Shown: one piece after another, positions 22,447-30,865 of the stretch
Layout: every line of letters starts with the position of its first letter
Position numbering within the stretch: the stretch's first letter is position 1
Assembly (NCBI GenBank): GCA_049999805.1
Contig: JBNGIO010006255.1
Location: 185,701-221,295 of the forward strand
DNA length: 35,595 nt
Direction: 5' to 3'
Source of the DNA: Folioceros fuciformis
Taxonomy: Eukaryota
The notes under the pieces: generated by a model
What the model was told of the DNA's origin: nothing
Databases searched by the model: none
Seen by the model: the letters and a program-made list of their open reading frames with translations, nothing else
Translations under genes and position numbers: made by a program

Positions 22447-25176
22447 TCAAATGCGATCCTGACAGGAACAAATTCCGGCGGCGAAATGGTGGACCCGTCG
22501 TGAATCTCTAACAACAATTGCTCGGTCTTCCAGTCGTGACAGGATCTTGGTACTGTTGTGACAGTCGTTGCACATTCGAAGATTTTTGGTGACTAGCAAT
22601 GGAGTCCCATGTGGGGTGTTAAGGAGGCCAAACGCCAGGGCCAGCTTCTCGGCGTGTCCACACAAGGCGTCTTCCTTCTCCTGCTCAGGCATGGCCTTGA
22701 GGACCAGCTCTGTTTGTGGGACATGACCCCCTTCCTCCTTCAGCCTCAAGTTCATCCTGCTCAGCCTGGGTGAGATGTCAGACCTGTCGTCCCCCACAGT
22801 GAACTCGTGCACTTTGTTGTTCAGCTCGATGCATACCTTGGCAGGAGTCTTCCAGGCGCAAGCACTCGTTCTCAGGTTCTCGATTGTGTCTACTTCATCC
22901 CACATGCCTGCCTGTGCATAAGTGCTGCCTAGAAGGACATAAGGTGTAGCGTTGTCAGGTTCCAGTTGGACAATGCGGTCGAAACATCGTCTTCCTCGCT
23001 GCACGTCACCATGACTCTTGCAGGCAGTGAGGAGGGAAGTCCAGGCCACTGCGTACTGTTCGAACGGCATTGTGAGCAGAAAGCTCTCGGCCTCGTCCAG
23101 CCGGCCTGCTCGACCCAGGAGATCCACCATGCACGTAAAGTGGTAGTCGCTGGGGATGATGCCGTAACCCTGCACCATCATGTTGAAGTAATGCTGGCCC
23201 TCACGCACCATGCCTGACTGACTGCAAGCTGCGAGAAGAGAAATAAAGGTGGCTTCGTCTGGCTCAACGCCCTGCTGGCGCATCTCGTTGAAACACTCGA
23301 TGGCCTGCTCGCCGTCACAGTGTTCGGCATAGCCGTTCAGCAGAGCACCCCAGGCCACCACATCCCTGGTGGGCAGACTCTCGAAGACCCTGCGGGCATC
23401 ACCCAAGCTCCCGCACTTGGCGTACATGTCCACCAAGCAGTTGCCGACTGATGCATCTGAGACCAATCCCCTTGCTTCTATTTGTGCATGAAGGTGTCTT
23501 CCCTTGTACAGAGCTCCAATGCTGCCACAAGCCCGCAGAAGACACACCAAGGTGACAGCATCCGCTAGAGCCATGGCCCCATGCTGCATACTTCCATATA
23601 GGGCCAGGGCTTCTTGTCCGAAGCCATGCTGAGCATATCCGGAGATCATTGAAGTCCATGTCACCACATCTCTGTTTGGCAGCCTGTCAAACACGGCGCG
23701 AGCTTCCCCTAAGCTCCCGCATTTTGCATACATGTCCACCAGGCAGTTGCCCACAACAACATCACCTTCGAGTCCACTTTGCTTCATTTGTTCATGCAGC
23801 TCCTTCCCCTCGTTCAGAGCTCCGATGCAAGCACAAGCCCTCAAGAGGCACACGAATGTGACACAGTTAGCTGCAGTCATGCCCTCCCGTTTCATACTGC
23901 TATACACAGCAAGAGCCTCTCGACCCATTCCATGCTGCGCATATCCTGCAATCATAGCAGTCCATGACACCACATCTCTTTTCCGTAATCCGTCAAACAC
24001 TCTGCGAGCATCCACCAAGCTCCCACATTTGGAGTACATGTCAATAAGGCAGTTCCCGAGAGCTAAATCACCTTCCAGCCCTCGTTCTTGAATATCAGAA
24101 TGGATTCGCCTTCCCTGCTCCAGAGCACCAATGCAGGCACATGCCTGCAGAAGGCACAAGAAGGTAACACTAGTGGCCACGGTATTACCCTGCTCTTGCA
24201 AACTCTCATACAGAGCCAAGGCCTGGGCACCCAGCCCATGCTGCGTGTAGCCCGCAATCATGGCATTCCACACCACGGCACTCCTTGTCGGCAGCCTGTC
24301 AAACACTCTGCGAGCGTCTTCCAAGCTCCCGCATTTCGAATACATGTTCACAAGGCTGCTGCCAAGAAAGAAGTTAACACTCACATTGCTGGCCACAATA
24401 TCGGCATGCACCTCCTTCCCAGACACTACATCCCCTGCTGCAGCACATGCCTTCAGGACAGCCACGAACACATGGTTATCCGCACTCACACCTGACACTC
24501 GCATCCGTCGATACAGGTCAATAGCCTGCCCAGGCTCTCCAAGTCGGGCATGGGCCAGTATCATGGCACCCCACACATACCCATCTGGCTCAGCCACCTT
24601 GGCGAACGCCTCCGCTGCATCTTCCATTCTCCCATGCGCAGCATACATGCCAATCAAATGATTGCCCACAAACGCGTCCGACCCGTACCCACTTCTCAGC
24701 GCAAGGGTATGTACTCTCCTGCCAAGACGCAAATCCTTCTGTTCCCTGCACCTCCTGAGAAAACGACCAAAGAGAGAGCGATGCACATAAGTTCCTCGAT
24801 GCACCAGGACGTCTAAACCATCCACAGCCTGCTGCAGCTCCCCCTCCTCACAAACTTTGCTCAAGCTCTCACCCATGGAATCCCCTTCGTACTTACCATC
24901 CTTCTCACCACGGGTCCCGGGAGACCAGGCAGGCCTATCCCAGTCAGACAGGCGCAGAGTCCCGTTAGGGACCTCGTGTCGGAAATCAAGATGGCGGGGA
25001 CCTGTACGTCCCTTGTCCAACCACAGTCGCTCACTGGGCTTCACTTCTGGTGCAACGTAGACTGCTCCAGCACAACAAGCTGGGCGGGAGCTTCGATGGC
25101 CTGAACAACCCAGCAGCCAAGCTGGGCCGCTGTTGGACCCACATCCCGCATTCGTCACAAACGTTCCTGGCATCAT
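22447..25176 (-). CDS. PLS-class PPR protein with a DYW:KP (DRH-like) deaminase domain; candidate U-to-C RNA editing factor, about 909 aa from the first ATG
   Basis: Intronless ORF with regular L-S-P triplets and P2-L2-S2-E1-E2, then WKTPAKVCIE (KPA-type box instead of PG-box), HEFTVGD, LCGHAEKLALAFGL, KNLRMCNDCH and HHF..GICSCQDRI*. The supplied ORF starts at a TTG (25293); the first ATG is at 25176. Confidence 0.93.
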   Translation of the reverse strand: MMPGTFVTNAGCGSNSGPAWLLGCSGHRSSRPACCAGAVYVAPEVKPSERLWLDKGRTGPRHLDFRHEVPNGTLRLSDWDRPAWSPGTRGEKDGKYEGDSMGESLSKVCEEGELQQAVDGLDVLVHRGTYVHRSLFGRFLRRCREQKDLRLGRRVHTLALRSGYGSDAFVGNHLIGMYAAHGRMEDAAEAFAKVAEPDGYVWGAMILAHARLGEPGQAIDLYRRMRVSGVSADNHVFVAVLKACAAAGDVVSGKEVHADIVASNVSVNFFLGSSLVNMYSKCGSLEDARRVFDRLPTRSAVVWNAMIAGYTQHGLGAQALALYESLQEQGNTVATSVTFLCLLQACACIGALEQGRRIHSDIQERGLEGDLALGNCLIDMYSKCGSLVDARRVFDGLRKRDVVSWTAMIAGYAQHGMGREALAVYSSMKREGMTAANCVTFVCLLRACACIGALNEGKELHEQMKQSGLEGDVVVGNCLVDMYAKCGSLGEARAVFDRLPNRDVVTWTSMISGYAQHGFGQEALALYGSMQHGAMALADAVTLVCLLRACGSIGALYKGRHLHAQIEARGLVSDASVGNCLVDMYAKCGSLGDARRVFESLPTRDVVAWGALLNGYAEHCDGEQAIECFNEMRQQGVEPDEATFISLLAACSQSGMVREGQHYFNMMVQGYGIIPSDYHFTCMVDLLGRAGRLDEAESFLLTMPFEQYAVAWTSLLTACKSHGDVQRGRRCFDRIVQLEPDNATPYVLLGSTYAQAGMWDEVDTIENLRTSACAWKTPAKVCIELNNKVHEFTVGDDRSDISPRLSRMNLRLKEEGGHVPQTELVLKAMPEQEKEDALCGHAEKLALAFGLLNTPHGTPLLVTKNLRMCNDCHNSTKILSRLEDRAIVVRDSRRVHHFAAGICSCQDRI

Positions 25177-26067
25177 GCAGAACGCTGTGTGCGGTGACTG
25201 AACTCCGGCTCTCAAGCTGTCAGACCCCAACAAGCCCGATTCGGTGGTCCTGGTCCATTTCGTCCACGATTCCCACCGCCAACCCGTATGCAAAGGCGCA
25301 GAAGAAGTCGTATTCTCTAGGACGGCAAGCTCGAAACCGCAAATTCTGTTCCGTCTAGCCCATACCTGTTGCTGTTTGCATCATCTTTTGCATTTGCGCT
25401 TAGCTCTTGACCCCCCTCTGCAAGAGACCACCGTTGCCAACTCTATGGCCAATGGGAATTAGACAAACGTATTTTGGTTTTCGATCCCCAAGACCAACAG
25501 ATCAAACTTCAGGGGATTCGATCATCGCTTAGGCTTGCGCTTTGTTGTTTCGCTTGAAGCGCCTGTTTCGCGCACTACCCTTGGATGATGTTTTGCCACT
25601 GAAAAAACGACTGGCTAGATTGGACTCTGCTAGCTGGAGGCGTCTTTAGTTTGGTACAAGCTGAGAATTCCTCGTCCCGTGGCCTCCCCAGTTTCGATGA
25701 CGCTATCTTCCTGATCAGCCTTGCATGCCACGTGAACCCCTTTCATATCTATCTGGACATCTGCAAAACAACCTTGGCGAAACACGAGAACCAACTCCTG
25801 ACGGGCCACAAAAAGAGAAATGGAAAAGCGCAGGGAAGCGCAACAATCAAATTGATTCACCCCTGGTGATCTTGCGGGAAAGGGAATTCCTCACGACCCC
25901 TGGCATCGTCAAGTTCCTCCTAAATTTGAGGAAGGAGCGCAGACTGGCACCACCCAATGTTCTCGACGGCCATCAAGAACTAGACATGTTGGGTGCCAGC
26001 TCGTCAATCCTGATTTCAAATACGTACAATTAGAAGCTCAATTCAGCTTTTATCGATGCGGAAGGAT

Positions 26068-29000
26068 TCAGTTTGACCATGTCGTGTCAGGGGCGCAGCT
26101 CATTTCAGAAGCATGATCGAGCTTTGCGTTTAGTCTTTGAAGGAGTGATTTTATGTCTGCAATCTGTTCGTGGGTTTTGCCACCCGCCACAAACTTGTGC
26201 ACTTTCGCTGCGTGCTCAATCCAGCTCTGCCCAGGCTTCTTCCATGCCCCTGCTTGCTGTCTCAAGTCCTCTATAGTGCTAGCATCCTCCCACATATGAC
26301 CTTGAGCGTAAATGCTGGACATCAGCAAGTAGGCTGAGGAGTGCCGCGGATCCAATCTTACTGCATGCTCAAAGGCACTTTCTGCAATTGCTACATTATT
26401 ATACTTCCGGCAGGCAGCAAGTAGAGACAACCACATTGGCAGCGCAGGTTCCTCAGGCATTTTCAGAAGCAAGTCCTGCACCTGGAGTAAATGGCCTGCC
26501 CGGCCCAGGAGGTCAACCAGGCATGTATAGTGTTGCATTGTAGGAGTGATGCTGTGAGCGTGGACCATCGACTCGAACAACTGGATTCCTTTGTCCACCA
26601 CCCCTGCATGGCTGCATGCAGCAAGCACACATAGAAATGTGACACCATCGGGCTTCACACCTGCCACCTTCAGCTCCTCAAAGCACTTCAAGCTCATGGT
26701 GTAGTCCCCCTGTCTGGCGTAACATGCAATTAAGGCATTCCACGCTCCTACATTGTGCTCGGTAGCTGTGTTGAACACATGCTGTGCTTCCTCCATGCTG
26801 CTGCACATGCCGTATGCATGCACAAGCGACGTCGTCAGCTTTGGGCAGCACTCAACCCCACTTTCAATGATGTCTTCATGGAGCTGCCTGCACATTTTCA
26901 GGTCTCCCACATTGCTCGATGCTTTGAGTAAGAACATAAACGTGGCCTGATCTGGACTGATGCCAGCAGCTCTCATGGCGCTGTAAACTTGCAGTGCCTT
27001 GTCCTGGTCTTCTTGCTGAGCATAACCTGAGATTATAATCGTCCACATGACCACATCTCGGTCAGGCAGTGCATCAAAAACTTGCTGGGCCTGTAACATG
27101 TCTCCACATTTGGCATACATGTCAACCAGAGTGGTAGCCACGATCAGATCTGTTTGACAGCCGCTCCTCACAACCTCGGCATGGACTTCTTTCCCCAACT
27201 GTAACCACTCTACCTTCAATAGCTGTCCATCCTTAGGTGTTTCAGCTTCCCCAGCTGCCAGGCTCCCACAGGCTTTGAGAACGGCTGCAAAGATCCAATT
27301 GTCTGGCCTAACGCCTGCCTTCTGCATTTCAGCATAAAGTAACCAAGCTTGGTCAAACTGTTCATGCTCAGAATAACCAGAAATCATTGCACCCCAGGAC
27401 ACAAGATCAACCTGAGCTAAAGTGTCAAAGACACGCCTAGCATCTACCAAGCTCCCACATTTTGCATACATGGCAACCAGAGTGTTGCCAAGGAACATAT
27501 CTGATCCAAAGCCTCCCTTGACCAGTTCTGCGTGAATGTGCTTACCCTTTTGCACGGCCTCAACATGGAGTTGCTGGATCTTGCTATCTTCCTCCTCTTT
27601 CATGGCAGCCAGCCTGTAACAGGCTTTTAGAGCACTGGCAAACGTCCAACTGTCCGGTCTCACACCTTTCACATGTAGCTGAGTGAAGAGCTCCAAGGCC
27701 GCTTCAGCTTGTTCTTGCTGGACGTAGCCTGCGATCATTGCATTCCACACTACAACATTCTTATCGGACAACAGATCAAACACAAGTTTTGCACTTGCAA
27801 GGTCTCCACCATTTGCGTAGACATGGACCAAAGCACTGCACACATATCGGTCTGCCTCATAACCCCTTCTAACCATTTCAGCATGTAACTTTTTACCCTT
27901 CCAAAGGGTCCACACTCTAACCGCCTGTCCGTCAAGCAGTGCCTCCTCTTCTGAGGCTGCAAGGTTCCCACATGCCTTGAGGAGGCTGGCAAAGGTTCGA
28001 TTGGTGGGCCTGACACCCTCCTCTTGCATTTCCACATACAGTTCTAACGCCTTATCACTTTCGTCCTGCTGCGCATAACCTCCGATTAGTGCATTCCACG
28101 AAACAGAATCACGTTTGACCAATTTATCAAACACAGCCCTTGCATCTACCATGCTCCCACACCTAGCATACATGTGCACCAAAGCGTTGCCGATAAATGC
28201 ATCCGCTTCCAGACCCCTTCTCACGACTTCGGCATGCACATCCTTTCCCTTCTTCAGATACTGCTCTTTTACTGGATGCCCCTGTACAAGAGTGTCATCT
28301 TCCTTCGCTGCCAGGCTACTATAGGCTCGGAGGATACAAGGGTACGTCCGGTGGGTTGGACTCACCCCTTCGATTTGCATTTGTGTGTACAATTGCAGAG
28401 CCTTATCCCCCTGCTCATGCTGGGAATATCCGGCGATTAGTGCATTCCACAACGCCACATCGTGATGGGGCAGAGCATCAAAGACGCGCTGGGCGTCCTT
28501 CATGCTGCTACATTTTGCATACATGCCCACCAAACTCGCCCCAACAAACAAATCTGATCCGTACCCCCTCTCAATAACGTCAGCATGGATCCGCTTGCCC
28601 TCTTCCAGGTCCCCAATGCTGCCACAAGCTTTGAGTAAGCTCACAAGAGTGTTCCTGTCTGGCGGCACACCTGCCTTTTGCATCTCACAATAGACTTTCA
28701 AAGCCTGTCGGCACTGGCCAGTATTTGCGTACCCCGAGACGAGGGCAGCCCAGGATATGACACTGGGGATAGCCAATTGCTGAAATGCCTTGAGGGCGTC
28801 CGTTAATCCGCCACACTTAACATACATGTCAACAACCCTGTTCCCCAAATAGTCATCCTCCATCACAAGGCTTCCCAGGAGCCCATGCAAACGCCTTGCC
28901 TCAGCCAGAGCTCTCCTCTTGCTGCAACCTTGCAAGAGAAACCTGTACGTGTCCACGGGAGCAGCTACTCCTTGCTGGTGCATAAGGGTCATGAGGTCCA

Positions 29001-29127
29001 GAGCCTCCACCATTTTCGCTTCCGTACACAACCTCTTCACTTGCTCCGATGCCTTGGAATCCACATCCACGAATGTCGTCAAGAAATCCCGCTGCATTTC
29101 TGGCTTCCTTATCTGCAGAGCGCACAT
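26068..29127 (-). CDS. PLS-class PPR protein, E+ subgroup, with four 51-aa long-L motifs
   Basis: Intronless ORF (supplied start is TTG 29145, first ATG 29127). PLS triplets, P2-L2-S2, E1, E2 and a PG-box WKKPGQSWIE...HKFVAGG. It stops before the zinc-binding HxE/CxxC motifs. Confidence 0.95.
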   Translation of the reverse strand: MCALQIRKPEMQRDFLTTFVDVDSKASEQVKRLCTEAKMVEALDLMTLMHQQGVAAPVDTYRFLLQGCSKRRALAEARRLHGLLGSLVMEDDYLGNRVVDMYVKCGGLTDALKAFQQLAIPSVISWAALVSGYANTGQCRQALKVYCEMQKAGVPPDRNTLVSLLKACGSIGDLEEGKRIHADVIERGYGSDLFVGASLVGMYAKCSSMKDAQRVFDALPHHDVALWNALIAGYSQHEQGDKALQLYTQMQIEGVSPTHRTYPCILRAYSSLAAKEDDTLVQGHPVKEQYLKKGKDVHAEVVRRGLEADAFIGNALVHMYARCGSMVDARAVFDKLVKRDSVSWNALIGGYAQQDESDKALELYVEMQEEGVRPTNRTFASLLKACGNLAASEEEALLDGQAVRVWTLWKGKKLHAEMVRRGYEADRYVCSALVHVYANGGDLASAKLVFDLLSDKNVVVWNAMIAGYVQQEQAEAALELFTQLHVKGVRPDSWTFASALKACYRLAAMKEEEDSKIQQLHVEAVQKGKHIHAELVKGGFGSDMFLGNTLVAMYAKCGSLVDARRVFDTLAQVDLVSWGAMISGYSEHEQFDQAWLLYAEMQKAGVRPDNWIFAAVLKACGSLAAGEAETPKDGQLLKVEWLQLGKEVHAEVVRSGCQTDLIVATTLVDMYAKCGDMLQAQQVFDALPDRDVVMWTIIISGYAQQEDQDKALQVYSAMRAAGISPDQATFMFLLKASSNVGDLKMCRQLHEDIIESGVECCPKLTTSLVHAYGMCSSMEEAQHVFNTATEHNVGAWNALIACYARQGDYTMSLKCFEELKVAGVKPDGVTFLCVLAACSHAGVVDKGIQLFESMVHAHSITPTMQHYTCLVDLLGRAGHLLQVQDLLLKMPEEPALPMWLSLLAACRKYNNVAIAESAFEHAVRLDPRHSSAYLLMSSIYAQGHMWEDASTIEDLRQQAGAWKKPGQSWIEHAAKVHKFVAGGKTHEQIADIKSLLQRLNAKLDHASEMSCAPDTTWSN

Positions 29128-29785
29128 TCCAGCGCCTGCGAACAATACTGTAATCTCAAGACAACTTCACCCCCTACAAAACCAAGATACAAATTCACAG
29201 CAGCAAGCTCAACCCCACCTGACATCTCCACGGCTCCCGAGGAATTCCAGCCACGTCCCAGTCTCAGGCCCCTCATTTCCCACTGATGCAGGCCATCCTT
29301 TCCGCAGGCATTCAGCCCGGTGCGTGACCAACAACGTGCAAACGGGATTCAGCTGGTAAACGCCCGCCCGACTTACCTCCCCCAACCAAGTCATCCACCC
29401 AAAGCAGTAAGCCCGAGAGAGAGCCCGCCATAGCTAACTTAACGTAGCTAAACGCGACGCGCCAGGACGTCACCCCATGTCCCATGCAAATCCATGCTCC
29501 AAGAATAAATGACCGCCGTAATCTTTACTGCCTATCACGAATTGTCTATAATTTGGCTCCTGGCATATGTAGCCTTGGTTAGGCGAAAACAATCGCAACC
29601 TGGCGACAGCATTTCGAAAGTTTTATCAGCAATTCCTACTTCACATAGGACCAAGAAGTAGGCCGATCCTGGTCGGTCCCACCACATTTCTGTCCTACAT
29701 AGGCTCAGCCCCGAAATTCGTCCCATCACACTTTGTCCCAAAGCCCGTATTCGCAATCAACGAGAGAGCCTCACACAGCAACACG

Positions 29786-30276
29786 ATGAACACGACGCCA
29801 AACGAAATTCGGGGCTTCCAAGGCATTACAGAGCTAGTTCACAGCCCTCTGACCAGACAGGGCGTTGTCCATAGCACTCCTAGAGTTCCCGCCGCAGACG
29901 TAGAACGTGCGCACACTCACCGCCGCCCCATCGAGGTGCTGTACGTCCTGGAAGGCAAGCTGCAAGTGGGATCGTTGGACACCACCAGCAAGCTCTACAA
30001 GCAGACGCTCTTCGCTAAGGAAGTGTTCGTCTTCCCTCTGGACCTGCAGCACTTCCAGTGCAATCTCGGTGCGCGGTGCGCGCTTTGGCCTACTCCTCCT
30101 TTGACAGCGCCAATCCCGGCACCGCGAGCGGCCCGGCCACCCTCTCGGGCTCGGGGCATGGCGCCGCCGTGGTTCTTGTAAAGGCCTTCAAGATCTCCAC
30201 CGACATTGTGCACCAGCGCCAACTCCCATTCCGGGACAAAAATTCCTCTTCCTCTCCCCTGAGTAACTCAACGTAG
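29786..30276 (+). pseudogene. Germin-like protein (cupin) pseudogene
   Basis: Fragments in different frames: SIALLEFPPQT*NV (in-frame TAG), HTHRRPIEVLYVLEGKLQVG (degenerate PHTHPRASE germin box), LYKQTLFAKEVFVFPLDLQHFQCN, then a frameshift to ALAYSSFDSANPG...VLVKAFKI. No intact signal peptide or N-terminal exon seen. Confidence 0.82.
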
Positions 30277-30560
30277 CCTATTGAATAGGCTGTATCTTTC
30301 TATGTTCTCTTCATAACTTTAGGAGAAGGTGTTGCTACTACCAAGGCGTGACATCTGCGTTTGTATGAATTGAGCAACATCCCTAACCTCGTATGTCTTG
30401 TAGGCATAGTATGGCATACCACAAAGGACAGAGGGGAGGTGTCAGAATTTTAGTACTATCTCCCTGGGTATATGCTAGCATGTACCTATTTTTGTTGCTG
30501 TGGATGTGGAGAGCTATTCGCCGCGGGGCCTTCTCCGAAAAGGTCATGCACCCACAGCAG

Positions 30561-30593
30561 CCCTAAACCCTAAACTCTAAACCCTAAACCCTA
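30561..30593 (+). repeat. Short interstitial plant telomere-type tract, about 4.7 copies of CCCTAAA
   Basis: CCCTAAA CCCTAAA CTCTAAA CCCTAAA CCCTA. Confidence 0.9.
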
Positions 30594-30635
30594 CACCTGC
30601 CACCACCCTAGCTAAATCTTTCGCCGCCCATTCTC

Positions 30636-30865
30636 TGCCTTTCCTACTCGGGGTTTAGGGTTTTGCATGCCTTTCCTACTCGGGGTTTAGGGTTTTGCAT
30701 GCCTTTCCTACTCGGGGTTTAGGTTTTGCATGCCTTTCCTACTCGGGGTTTAGGATTTTATATGCCTTTCCTACTTGGGGTTTAGGGTTTTGCATGCCTT
30801 TCCTACTCAGGGTTTAGGGTTTTGCATGCCTTTCCTACTTGGGGGTTTAGGGTTTTGCATGCCTT
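30636..30865 (+). repeat. Minisatellite, seven copies plus a partial copy of a 32-bp unit TGCCTTTCCTACTCGGGGTTTAGGGTTTTGCA
   Basis: Units start at 30636, 30668, 30700, 30731, 30763, 30795, 30827 and 30860 (partial), with few substitutions or 1-bp indels. Confidence 0.95.

Noticed and set aside
25400-26067. Possible split or remnant DYW domain downstream of the E+ PPR
   Set aside because: No HxE, CxxC or CSC motifs seen in the minus-strand sequence.
30636-30865. CRISPR-like periodicity of about 32 bp
   Set aside because: Units are head-to-tail with no unique spacers, there are no cas genes, and the context is eukaryotic.
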